Made by a program: the position numbers and the translations under genes. The notes under the pieces were generated by a model. The model was given only the letters and a program-made list of their open reading frames with translations. It did no database searches and was not told where the DNA came from. This document shows, piece by piece, positions 28,626 to 37,711 of a stretch of 64,000 bases of DNA. The stretch is from an uncultured Acidobacteriota bacterium (lineage in GTDB: Bacteria > Acidobacteriota > Thermoanaerobaculia > Multivoradales > JAHEKO01), in assembly GCA_963713825.1 (NCBI GenBank), contig CAVQNG010000003.1:1440001-1504000 (forward strand), in the 5' to 3' direction. How positions within the stretch are numbered: position 1 is the first letter of the stretch; each line of letters opens with the position of its first letter.

Positions 28626-30962
28626 CTACTCGATCATCGGAATGGGCTCGTCCTGCTTGAGAAGCCGTCTCTTTGGCGGTGTGGCTCCCTTTCGAAAGAG
28701 GTCGAGCTCGGCCCCATCGCGATCCCGAGGCACCAGCAAACCGGTCTCGGTCTCGATCCAGAGCTCGACGATCTTGGTTGGGCGGCCGTGGTCCATGGCC
28801 GGTCGCAGTGGAGCGGCTCGTTCCATGAAGGCCTTCCAGATCGGTGCTGCCGCGGCGGAACCCCGCAGCCCCAGTGTCCGATTGTCGTCGAGTCCTACCC
28901 ATACCACTGCCACGATCGACCCAGCCCCACCGGCGAACCACGCGTCGCGCGAGCTGGAGGAAGTTCCCGTCTTGCCGAATGCGGTCGGGTCTGAAATCGC
29001 AGCAGCGGCGGCGGTACCCTGACGAAGTGAGCCCTCGAGCAGGTCTCGAATCAGGTAGGCGGTGGCCGGCTCGACAATCTTGGACGAGGTGGGGCGGCGT
29101 TTCACGAGCAGCCGACCACCGGGCAGGGAGATCCTCTCGTAGGGTCGTGGCCGAGCAGCTCTTCCGAGCGAGCCGAAGACCGTGTAGGCGCGCGCCAGAG
29201 CCAGCGGCGTTGTTTCCATCGCACCGAGCACGAAGGCGGGTGGTGGGTCCTGCGGCAGATCCAAGCCGCTGCGGCGAAGACGTTCGGCCGTCTCGTGAAA
29301 GCCGCACCAGCGTGTTATTCGCACGAACGGCAGATTGAGAGAACGCAGGGTCGCCTGACGCACCGAGACGGAGGACCGGAACCGTCGATCGGGGTTCTCG
29401 GGACTCCAGGGCCCTGATGGCAGCTCTAGTGTCAGAGGCTGATCGGAGACGCGTCGGGCTGGAAACAGTGGGTCCCGGCTGCCGCAGCTCTGAAAAGCCT
29501 CCAAGAGCACGAGCGGCTTGACCGCTGACCCCGGCTGACGCTCGGCCCATCGCACCCGATCGAAGCTGTCCGATCGCAGTCTTGGATCGCCTCCGACATA
29601 GGCGAGCACATCGCCCGTGCGGGTATCGAGCGCCACCAAGGCTGCGGAAAGGGGCAGTCCATTGAATCGCGGATGACCCGACCGCAGCCCGTGCAGGCCG
29701 TCGCGGACGGCAGCGTTGGCTGCTTCCTGCAATAGCGGATCGAGCGTTGATGCAACGATTGCACCGCGGCCGTCCTCAGCGCGTTTGGGGGCGTTGGAGT
29801 CGACCTCGTCTTCGAGCCAGCCCAGGAAATGCGGTGCTTCGGGCGGGGGAGGAGGGGAGAGGTTGAGCTTAGGAAGGCCTGCGCGGCGGGCGGCGTGCAA
29901 CTCTGACGGCGTCAACCAGTCGAGCTCCACGAGGCGTGTGAGGACCCATCTGTAGCGTTCCAGAACGGCTTCGGGATTGCGCACGGGGCTGAGCCGGTTC
30001 GGGCCCTGGATCATGGCCGCAAGCAGCGCTGATTCGCCGCTGTCGAGCTGGCTGGCTGGCTTTGAAAAGTAGGCCCGAGCCGCGGTATCGAAACCGAAGA
30101 TGTGAATCCCGTCCAGGTGCCCGAAATAGACCGTATCGAGGTACGCCTCCAGGATCTCGGTCTTGTCGTATTCGGCCTCGAGAGCCAAAGCGCGAACCGC
30201 CTCTGAGGCTTTGCGCCCCATGGATCGTTTGGGGCTCATGTCGCGAAGCTTGACGAGTTGTTGAGTGATTGTGCTGCCCCCTTGAACGACCCTGCCCGCT
30301 TCGATGTTGCTTAGTGTGGCGCGAGCCAGCGCCTTGGCATCGACCCCTGAGTGCTCGAAGAATCGGGCGTCTTCCGCCGCCAATACTGGTTGCCAGACAT
30401 GCTCCGGTAGCTCTTCAAAGCTCACCCGCGAACGGCGCCCCCGGTTGGTGTCAAAGGACTCCGCCAGCAACTCGGGCTCCAGCCAGAGATGCTTGGTGCG
30501 GAGCGCGACCTCGTTCTCGTCGATGCCCTCGAGGATCATCGCGTCACTGCGACGCAGTTTGAGGCCTATCAGCCGTGCCGGGTACTGTTTCGTGCCGATT
30601 CGAACGGGCCGCCTGTAGAACCAGAACTTCTCGAACCCGAAGAAGAACTCGCCGGGGCGCCGCGGTCGTTCGCCCCGCCGTCGTTTGTAGCCCAAGCGTT
30701 CCAGTCTGCGCGGTAGCTCGAGCTGAGTGATGGTCCGCCCCGGCTCGACCCAGAAGCGACTCGCGTACACTCGGACCTCGTTGCGCCCGAGGTTGTCGGC
30801 CAAGCCGTCAGCTATGACAGATCCCGGCAAGAGCCAGCCGAGGAGCCAGAGGACTGAAAGACCACAGCGAGATCGGACCGAGGCGCCCACCTGTCTTCGT
30901 TCGGGCTGCTCTGAATCGGGAACCGTCTGGTGCCGGGCCTTCGAGGAGGATTTTCTCCGCAT
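28626..30962 (-). CDS. Class A penicillin-binding protein (PBP1b-like; start approximate)
   Basis: AAEDARFFEH, QGGSTITQQLVK, RKASE; transpeptidase SAVK, SLN, KTGT; UB2H-like segment after the TM. Confidence 0.9.
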   Translation of the reverse strand: MRRKSSSKARHQTVPDSEQPERRQVGASVRSRCGLSVLWLLGWLLPGSVIADGLADNLGRNEVRVYASRFWVEPGRTITQLELPRRLERLGYKRRRGERPRRPGEFFFGFEKFWFYRRPVRIGTKQYPARLIGLKLRRSDAMILEGIDENEVALRTKHLWLEPELLAESFDTNRGRRSRVSFEELPEHVWQPVLAAEDARFFEHSGVDAKALARATLSNIEAGRVVQGGSTITQQLVKLRDMSPKRSMGRKASEAVRALALEAEYDKTEILEAYLDTVYFGHLDGIHIFGFDTAARAYFSKPASQLDSGESALLAAMIQGPNRLSPVRNPEAVLERYRWVLTRLVELDWLTPSELHAARRAGLPKLNLSPPPPPEAPHFLGWLEDEVDSNAPKRAEDGRGAIVASTLDPLLQEAANAAVRDGLHGLRSGHPRFNGLPLSAALVALDTRTGDVLAYVGGDPRLRSDSFDRVRWAERQPGSAVKPLVLLEAFQSCGSRDPLFPARRVSDQPLTLELPSGPWSPENPDRRFRSSVSVRQATLRSLNLPFVRITRWCGFHETAERLRRSGLDLPQDPPPAFVLGAMETTPLALARAYTVFGSLGRAARPRPYERISLPGGRLLVKRRPTSSKIVEPATAYLIRDLLEGSLRQGTAAAAAISDPTAFGKTGTSSSSRDAWFAGGAGSIVAVVWVGLDDNRTLGLRGSAAAAPIWKAFMERAAPLRPAMDHGRPTKIVELWIETETGLLVPRDRDGAELDLFRKGATPPKRRLLKQDEPIPMIE

Positions 30963-31163
30963 CTCGCATCCAAGGATACAAGCCATTGGAAGCTCCGGTT
31001 CCGGCATTGGTGAGTCGATTGGGCATGAGAGTTGCTTAGGTGGAAGAGGTTGAGGCAGAGCCAGTTCGCGTAGGCCTATTCGACCGTTCAGCGGAGGCGC
31101 TGAACCCCTGGACTTGATCCTGATGCGTGTTGAGGGGAGAATCACCCCTTATCGAGGCGAGAA

Positions 31164-32486
31164 ATGTCGAATGTTCTGAGTAATTTAGCTGCGTTTATTG
31201 TCGCCCTGGGCGTGATCATCTTCGTGCACGAGGCCGGCCATCTACTGATGGCCAAGGCCTTCGGTATGCGTGTCTTGACCTTTTCTCTCGGGTTCGGAAA
31301 GCGCATCTGGGGTTTCACCCGCAACGAGACCGAGTACAAGGTCTCTCTTATCCCGCTGGGCGGTTATGTGCGGCTGGGTGGTGAGGATCCGGGTGAGGCC
31401 AGTGACGACCCCCGAGATTTCATGAACACGCCACGTTGGCAGCGGATCCTGGTCTATTTGGCCGGTCCCGCCATGAATGTGCTCCTGGCGATCCTCCTCA
31501 TTGCGGGGGTGCTGATGGTGGGGATCCAGGTGCCGACGTTGCCCGAGATCCCTCCGATCATCGGCAGCGTGGCTGCAGAATCTCCCGCCGAGGCTGCTGG
31601 ACTCCTACCTGGTGACGAAGTGCTGACGGCGAACGGCAAGGCAGCCGAGGATTGGGAAGATGTCCATTTCGCTTTCATCACGTCTCCAGAGCGGCAAGTC
31701 GATCTGACCGTCTTGCGACAGGGACAAGAGCGTCAGGTGTCCCTCGTCCCCGCCAAGGTACCCAAGTACGAGTTTGGGTATGCCGGCGCGTTTCCGACCG
31801 TCCTGCCCAGGATCGCGCAGGTCCTGGCAGACAGCCCGGCCGAGGCGGCGGGCTTCCAACCGGGAGACGAGATCCGCAGTGTGGATGGGCAGGCAATCGC
31901 GCAATGGCAGGAGTTCGTCGACTACATCGAGGCCCATGCCGACCAGGGCGTGGCGGTAGAGGTCTTGCGCGAACGGCAGCCGGCGTTGCTTCATGTCGTG
32001 CCGCGGGATGAAGGGGGCAAGGGGCGCATCGGTGTAGCGCACGGCTACTATCAGCAACTGGGTCCAGGTGCGGCACTGGTCGAGAGCGTGCGGTACAACT
32101 GGCAGATTACACGTCAGACGCTGTCGGTTCTCGGCAAGATCGTTACCGGCCAGTTGGCGGCCAAGAGCGCCCTTTCCGGTCCCATCGAGATTGCGGCTCT
32201 GAGTGGAGCGGCCGCCCGGACGGGACTCAAGCACCTGGTGCAGCTGATGGGTCTGATCAGTATCAGCATCGCGATTCTGAATCTCCTACCGATCCCGGTC
32301 CTGGACGGTGGTCAGATCACGATTCTCATGTTCGAAGGCCTGCGACGAAAAGACCTCTCGCTCCGCACCAAGGAGAGAATCAACCAGGTGGGCTTCGTCC
32401 TCATCGTGATGTTGATGGTCGTGGTGCTATATTTCGACGTGGCCAAGAACATCCCACCGGGGCTCCTCCCGGGATCGGATAGCTGA
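31164..32486 (+). CDS. rseP: RIP metalloprotease RseP
   Basis: HEAGH, IPLGGYV, AGPAMN, two PDZ domains, NLLPIPVLDGG. Confidence 0.96.
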   Translation: MSNVLSNLAAFIVALGVIIFVHEAGHLLMAKAFGMRVLTFSLGFGKRIWGFTRNETEYKVSLIPLGGYVRLGGEDPGEASDDPRDFMNTPRWQRILVYLAGPAMNVLLAILLIAGVLMVGIQVPTLPEIPPIIGSVAAESPAEAAGLLPGDEVLTANGKAAEDWEDVHFAFITSPERQVDLTVLRQGQERQVSLVPAKVPKYEFGYAGAFPTVLPRIAQVLADSPAEAAGFQPGDEIRSVDGQAIAQWQEFVDYIEAHADQGVAVEVLRERQPALLHVVPRDEGGKGRIGVAHGYYQQLGPGAALVESVRYNWQITRQTLSVLGKIVTGQLAAKSALSGPIEIAALSGAAARTGLKHLVQLMGLISISIAILNLLPIPVLDGGQITILMFEGLRRKDLSLRTKERINQVGFVLIVMLMVVVLYFDVAKNIPPGLLPGSDS

Positions 32487-32517
32487 TCTCAAGGTTCTCG
32501 AGGGAAAGGTAAGAACG

Positions 32518-33060
32518 ATGGCAGCTACGCTTGTCGTTGGTGAGGAAGCACCCAACTTCGATCTGACCTCGACAGAAGACGTGGTTCTCATGCTGTGCGA
32601 CGAGGTGCCTCGCATGGCCGTGTTGCTGTACTTCTTCGACGGCGATGGTGAGGGAGTGCGGACAGACTTGAAGAGTCTCGCCGCTGAGCAGCACAAGCTC
32701 AAGGAGCGAGGCGCTGTGATCTTGGGTGTTTCGCCGGCCAAGCTGGTCGCACTCAAGGACCTGCAACGGGAGCTACACTTGCAGTTTCCACTCCTGCGGG
32801 ACGATAGGGACTTCTCGTCTCGGTATGGCGTGGCTGTCGCTTCCGAAGGCGAATCGGCAGCGCCGGCTCTGTTCTTGGTGGGTCGGGATCAGAAGGTTCT
32901 GTGGCTGGCCAGTCCTGTGAGGTCGATCGCGAGCGTCCTGGGCGACATCGACAATGTTCTGCAGACCCTTCCCAGCTCAACAGTCAACTATCCCAAGACG
33001 GTCGTCAACCGCGTAGTGAACTGGTGGGTCAACAAGATCCGCTCTCCCCGCGCAGCCTGA
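32518..33060 (+). CDS. Peroxiredoxin/BCP-like redoxin lacking the peroxidatic motif
   Basis: GEEAPNFDL, VLLYFF, ILGVS, LQFPLLRD, PALFLV; no PxxxTxxC. Confidence 0.7.
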   Translation: MAATLVVGEEAPNFDLTSTEDVVLMLCDEVPRMAVLLYFFDGDGEGVRTDLKSLAAEQHKLKERGAVILGVSPAKLVALKDLQRELHLQFPLLRDDRDFSSRYGVAVASEGESAAPALFLVGRDQKVLWLASPVRSIASVLGDIDNVLQTLPSSTVNYPKTVVNRVVNWWVNKIRSPRAA

Positions 33061-33077
33061 ACACCACCCCCCACCCT

Positions 33078-33489
33078 GGGGTTGAAGCGCCCAGTGCATT
33101 GCGCCGGGCGGTCTTTGAGGGCCTGGGGTTGAAGCGTCCGTCGCTTGCTCCGGCCGATCCTTGAGGGTGTGGGGGCTTGAGCCCTGGATCGTTGGTGGTT
33201 CTGGGCCACGCCCGAGGCTTTCCCCCGTCGTCCTGGGCCTCCGGCTGGAGACCTTCGAACGCGGCCTCGCACCTCTGTTACTCCCTTACCCCCTCCTAAG
33301 CCCTTATTGCCTTCAGCGGTGCCGTAGGTTCGTTCGGGTGGTTCGACAGGGGGGCTCTCGACAAGCGCAGCGCAAGAGCCATCGAAGAGCACATCAGATC
33401 CGGCGCGCCGGAGAGCGCAGGTGGTGGCCCACCCGTCGCAGTCTGAGTAGCCACCGCCGTCCCCCTGCGGACCACACGGACGGGCCTCC
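33078..33489 (+). repeat. Modular intergenic repeat copy 2 (two REP-like units, C-tract, 195-nt structured module)
   Basis: Units at 33078-33167 match 6290 and 44739; 33295-33489 aligns without gaps to 44885-45079. Confidence 0.9.
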
Positions 33490-33513
33490 AATCGATAAAG
33501 GTAGTGGCGAGGA

Positions 33514-34365
33514 TCAGTCCAGGAAGGAGCGCAGCAGCTCGAGGTCGCGGCGATGGCCTTCGCTGTCATCACCCATTGGGGTCTCCAGGATCATGGGTCT
33601 ACCCTGCCAACGGGGATCGTTGACCAGGTGCTCGAAGATCTCGAGGCCGAGGTGACCCTCACCCAGGTTGGCGTGGCGGTCCCGCTTCGAGCCCAGCGGA
33701 TGCTGTGAGTCGTTGAGGTGGAAGCAGCTCGGCTCGTCGGGTCCGAAGAGATCTACGACTTGCTGGAAGAAGGCCTCATACCCCTCTTCGACGTCGAGCG
33801 GGTGGCCGGCGGCAAAGGCGTGGCAGGTATCCACGCAGAGACCGAGATTGCCTTCGCAATCGGCCCTTTCGACGATGGCTGCCAGCTGCTCCAACTGGTG
33901 GCCAATGAGGGTGCCCTGACCGGCGGTGTTCTCGAGCAGGACCCTGGTTCGGCATTCGGGTCGAGCGGCGTACACTTCGCCGAGGGACTCGGCGATGCGA
34001 TCGATCCCTTTCTCTTCGCCAGCGCCGAGGTGGGCCCCGGGATGCACCACGAGCCCGGGGATCCCCAGTCGGTGGCAGCGATCCAACTCGTCACCCAGGG
34101 TCGAACGTGAGCGCCGGAGGTTGTCCGGATTGGTCGCTGCGAGGTTCACCAGATAGGTGGAATGGGCCACGAGAGTCGAGATCTCGCTGTCGCGGAGCTC
34201 TTGCGCGAAGCGCTCCACGTCGGTCTCCGTGAGCGGCTTTCCCTCCCACTGACTGGCGTTCTTGACGAAGATCTGAATGGCATCACAGGCCAGATCGGAG
34301 CCTCTCGGGACAGCCCGGAAGACACCGCCTGCGATGGAAACATGGGCACCGAGTAGGGGCTGCAT
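33514..34365 (-). CDS. nfo: Endonuclease IV
   Basis: GAHVSIAGG, HSTYLVNL, HPG, LENTAGQG, DTCH, HLNDS, DRHANLGEG, ILETP. Confidence 0.96.
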   Translation of the reverse strand: MQPLLGAHVSIAGGVFRAVPRGSDLACDAIQIFVKNASQWEGKPLTETDVERFAQELRDSEISTLVAHSTYLVNLAATNPDNLRRSRSTLGDELDRCHRLGIPGLVVHPGAHLGAGEEKGIDRIAESLGEVYAARPECRTRVLLENTAGQGTLIGHQLEQLAAIVERADCEGNLGLCVDTCHAFAAGHPLDVEEGYEAFFQQVVDLFGPDEPSCFHLNDSQHPLGSKRDRHANLGEGHLGLEIFEHLVNDPRWQGRPMILETPMGDDSEGHRRDLELLRSFLD

Positions 34366-34455
34366 GAGAAGGCGTATCTTGACATATCTACGACAGTGGA
34401 GAGAACGGACAGCGGCCCCTTGGGTCTGTCGCTGCCGGCTGCTAGACTCCCGCCG

Positions 34456-35202
34456 ATGCTGAGGGGGGTTACTCGAGCCTTAGGTTGGCTGACCTACGTT
34501 GTCCTGCTGCTGGTGATCTTCACCTTCGCTGGCTACTTCTCGTTCAACCTGTTCGTGCGCAGCGGTGTGACGCAGGTGCCGGAGTTGGTGGGCATCCCGG
34601 AAGCTGAGATTGAAGGCCGCTTGATCGATCATGGACTGATCCTGCGCCGTCTTTGGGCTTCGGATCGATTCGATGATGAAGTGCCTGCGGGTCACGTCTT
34701 ACAGCAATCCCCTCGCTCGGCCAGCCTTGTCAAGCGCGGTGCTGCGGTCGAGGTCGTGGTATCGCTGGGCCCGGAGCGCCTGTCCGTTCCGCTGATCGAG
34801 GGCCAGGCCCTGCAGGAGGCGCAGGTCACGCTGACCGCATCCGGGCTGAGCGTTGGGCGGGTCTTCAACGTCGTCAGCCGGGGCACGACCCCGGGAACCG
34901 TCGTTCTGCAAGCGCCCTCAGCCGAGGCCCAGGCGGGCCGGGGCAGTCCTGTGGACCTCTTCCTGTCTTCGGCCAGCCGTCATGGTACTTTCGTGATGCC
35001 CGATCTCACGTACCGTAACTTCGAAAGAGTGCGCCACTTCTTCGAGCGCCGGGGGTTTCGTCTGGGAAGCGTCAAATTCGAGCCCTACGAGGGCGTTTCA
35101 CCAGGAATCGTTCTGCGCCAGTATCCTCTACCAGGGCACCAACTGCGGAGGCAGGATGTCATCTCGCTGGTGGTGACCACATTCGAGCGTGAAGGAGTCT
35201 GA
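34456..35202 (+). CDS. Membrane-anchored PASTA-domain protein (three PASTA repeats, no kinase)
   Basis: N-terminal TM then VPELVG...VLQQSP, VPLIEG...VVLQAP, MPDLT...VLRQYP repeats. Confidence 0.85.
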   Translation: MLRGVTRALGWLTYVVLLLVIFTFAGYFSFNLFVRSGVTQVPELVGIPEAEIEGRLIDHGLILRRLWASDRFDDEVPAGHVLQQSPRSASLVKRGAAVEVVVSLGPERLSVPLIEGQALQEAQVTLTASGLSVGRVFNVVSRGTTPGTVVLQAPSAEAQAGRGSPVDLFLSSASRHGTFVMPDLTYRNFERVRHFFERRGFRLGSVKFEPYEGVSPGIVLRQYPLPGHQLRRQDVISLVVTTFEREGV

Positions 35203-35869
35203 ATCGATGTTGCTTGCACCCTCCATCCTGGCGGCAGATCTGGCGGATCTCAAGACCGCTGCCGAGCAATGCAGCCGAGGTGGTGCCGACTTCATTCACG
35301 TCGATGTCATGGATGGACATTTCGTCCCGAACCTGACAATCGGCGTCCCCGTGGTCGAGGCTCTGGCAGCCTCTAGCGAGATACCTCTCGAAGTACACCT
35401 GATGGTCAGCAATCCCGAGCGCTTGCTAGAAGAGTACCTGGATGCTGGTGCGCGGTGGCTTTCGGTGCATTGGGAGGCCGCGACTCATTTGGATCGACTG
35501 ATCGGCCAGATTCAGGAGCGTGGTGCTGCCGCTGGTGTGGTCTTGAATCCTGCCACTCCGATCGAGGTTCTCGAGGCTGTGTTGCCGAGGCTGGATTTCG
35601 TCCTCCTGATGTCGGTGAATCCCGGCTTCGCCGGGCAAGCTTTCCTGCCTTACGTCCTGGAAAAGGCACGGAGATTGCGTCACCTCATCGAGCGGCGACA
35701 GGTGGGCGTGACAATCGCCATGGACGGTGGGATCGGTATCGACAACATCGGGCAAGTCGTGGCTTCTGGAGTGGATTATTGTGTCGCAGGATCGGCTGTT
35801 TTCGCGAGTGAGGATCCTGTAGCGAGCATGCAAGAGCTCAGGCGGCAGGCAGAATCGGAGCGGGCATGA
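35189..35869 (+). CDS. rpe: Ribulose-phosphate 3-epimerase
   Basis: APSILAAD, HVDVMDGHFVPN, MSVNPGF, DGGI. Confidence 0.97.
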   Translation: MKESESMLLAPSILAADLADLKTAAEQCSRGGADFIHVDVMDGHFVPNLTIGVPVVEALAASSEIPLEVHLMVSNPERLLEEYLDAGARWLSVHWEAATHLDRLIGQIQERGAAAGVVLNPATPIEVLEAVLPRLDFVLLMSVNPGFAGQAFLPYVLEKARRLRHLIERRQVGVTIAMDGGIGIDNIGQVVASGVDYCVAGSAVFASEDPVASMQELRRQAESERA

Positions 35870-36681
35870 AGATATCGAGCGCTCATCGGCACTTTCGGCA
35901 CTCCCTGTCGCTGACAGTCGCGTTGCTGCTGGTCCTGACTTTGTCGGTCGCGGGCTGCAAGAGCTCCGGCAAATCCGGCATCGACAACGACCCGATACTC
36001 CAGTTGGCTGCTGATGAATCGTTGCAGCGGGGCCGAGAGTTGATGGAGGCGGGCAAATACGGGCCGGCATCTGAATATCTGGCGCATGCCTTCGAAGTAG
36101 CCCCCAACTCGGCGAGTGGTCGTGAGGCGCTGCTGCTGGCAGCCGACGCGATGTACCTCGACGGCGGTGTAGCCAACTACATCAAGGCCCACGCCAAGTA
36201 CACGGATTTCCAGAATCGATTTCCGACCAGCGATCGCAGCCACTACGTTCAGTTCCAGATTGCCAACTGCCTGGAGAAGCAGACACGCAAGCCCGATCGT
36301 GATCAGACTCCGACCAGGGATGCCCTGTATGCCTACGAAGAGCTCGTGCGTCTCTATCCAACGAGCGAACATGTCGATGAAGGCCAGCTGAAGATCGTCG
36401 AACTTCGGCAAGACATGGCGGAGCACGAGTTCATCGTGGGGCGCTACAACATGACTCGAAAGCTCTGGCCCGCTGCTGTGCACCGGTTCGACGGCCTGCT
36501 GGAGCAGTATCCGGACTACCTGGAGACCGACAAGATCCTGTTCTACAAGGGTTCGGCCCAGCGGCGCTGGAAGAAGTGTGATGAAGCCGATCAGACTTTC
36601 GCCGAGCTGCGGTCCGAGTACCCGGAGAGCAAGTACATTAAACAGGTGCCGGACAAGAGGATCAAGGGATGCGACGAATGA
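35866..36681 (+). CDS. bamD: Outer-membrane assembly lipoprotein BamD
   Basis: Lipobox VAGC, TPR helices, PDRDQTPT, LYPTSE, AEHEFIVGRY. Confidence 0.85.
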   Translation: MKISSAHRHFRHSLSLTVALLLVLTLSVAGCKSSGKSGIDNDPILQLAADESLQRGRELMEAGKYGPASEYLAHAFEVAPNSASGREALLLAADAMYLDGGVANYIKAHAKYTDFQNRFPTSDRSHYVQFQIANCLEKQTRKPDRDQTPTRDALYAYEELVRLYPTSEHVDEGQLKIVELRQDMAEHEFIVGRYNMTRKLWPAAVHRFDGLLEQYPDYLETDKILFYKGSAQRRWKKCDEADQTFAELRSEYPESKYIKQVPDKRIKGCDE

Positions 36682-37499
36682 GCCGTGGAACCAGCTGGTG
36701 GGTGATGTCGAGTGTCGTTTTCTTGGGCGCCTGTTCGTCATTCAGTGGTACCCAACCCGACCCCGCTGTGCAAAGCGACCTGGAGCAGATGAAGCAGCGG
36801 ATTCTCGATCTCCAGGAGAAGGCCGCCATGGCCGAGGTAGAAATGGAGCGCTTGCGGCAGCAGGTAGCCAGATTGGAAGCTCGACCGCAAGTCGTGCAGC
36901 CCGTCGTGGAGGTGGTCGAGCCCGAGCTGGTCTTCGAACGGCCAGCACCTGAGCCCGGATGGCAGGGCGGAAATACCCAGCAGGCGGGTGTGTTGGAGGA
37001 ATCGGATCTGCCGCTCGTTCAGGAGTCGCCAGCCTTACAAGAGCCCACGTCGGGGTCCACTGCAGCGACCCCCGAGAATGCTGCCGGGGCGAGCTCGAGT
37101 TCTACAGCCACCGAGCCGGTCGTTCCTGCGGCTCAGGCACTCTACGACCGGGGGTACACGCTCTATCACCAGGGCCGATATCTAGACGCTGAAGCGAGCT
37201 TTCAGCGTTTCCTGCAGGCTTATCCGACGACCGATCTGTCGGACAATGCGCAGTTCTGGATCGGCGAGAGTCGCTACGCACGAGGCGATATATCAGGCGC
37301 CTTGTCGGCCTTTCGCGAAACACTCCAGCTGTATCCTGGAGGCAACAAGGTTCCTGACGCCCTGGTGAAGGAAGGCGACTGTCTAGCTGGTATGGGCGAT
37401 CGGGACGGTGCCCGGCAGAGCTACGAGGAGGTCGTGCGGCGATTTCCTGGATCAGCGGCTGCTGTCATGGCCAGCGAGCGCGTCGCTGATCTCCAGTAG
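36678..37499 (+). CDS. cpoB: Tol-Pal-associated CpoB/YbgF-like lipoprotein
   Basis: Lipobox LGAC, coiled coil, C-terminal TPR FLQAYP...DNAQFWIGE...NKVPDAL. Confidence 0.8.
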   Translation: MSRGTSWWVMSSVVFLGACSSFSGTQPDPAVQSDLEQMKQRILDLQEKAAMAEVEMERLRQQVARLEARPQVVQPVVEVVEPELVFERPAPEPGWQGGNTQQAGVLEESDLPLVQESPALQEPTSGSTAATPENAAGASSSSTATEPVVPAAQALYDRGYTLYHQGRYLDAEASFQRFLQAYPTTDLSDNAQFWIGESRYARGDISGALSAFRETLQLYPGGNKVPDALVKEGDCLAGMGDRDGARQSYEEVVRRFPGSAAAVMASERVADLQ

Positions 37500-37609
37500 G
37501 TAGGGTTGAGGGTCTTCCCTGGGTTTGGCTTTGCAGAACGTTGTTCCAGTGGAGGATCTGGAGTCGAGGAGCCTCCAAGCAAGAGCAGGGGTGCTTGTGG
37601 ATGGGTTCC

Positions 37610-37638
37610 TTGACAGGCCCCAAAATAGTGTGTACGTT
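37610..37638 (+). promoter_or_regulatory. sigma70-type promoter of LysM gene
   Basis: TTGACA-N17-TACGTT ~75 nt upstream of ATG 37712. Confidence 0.55.
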
Positions 37639-37711
37639 TCGTTTTGGATCGTAACGGACTCATTCTAGTTGCTTTACGCGTTTGCAAGAGGAATTCTAAG
37701 GAGGTCCAGGT

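Noticed and set aside
33326-33487. 6S RNA as identity of the long hairpin module
   Set aside because: Interior looks multibranched rather than a rod with a central bubble, and it is embedded in a dispersed repeat; not formally excluded without cmscan.
32988-33572. Minus-strand ORFs here and at 44578-45141 share peptides such as GPQGDGGGYSD
   Set aside because: Similarity is just the DNA repeat; the ORFs overlap real genes and substitutions follow base pairing rather than codon position.
37501-37525. GGGTTGAGG after the cpoB stop as a fourth repeat copy
   Set aside because: Only ~9 nt match; no inner hairpin plus CTTTGAGGGCTT flank.
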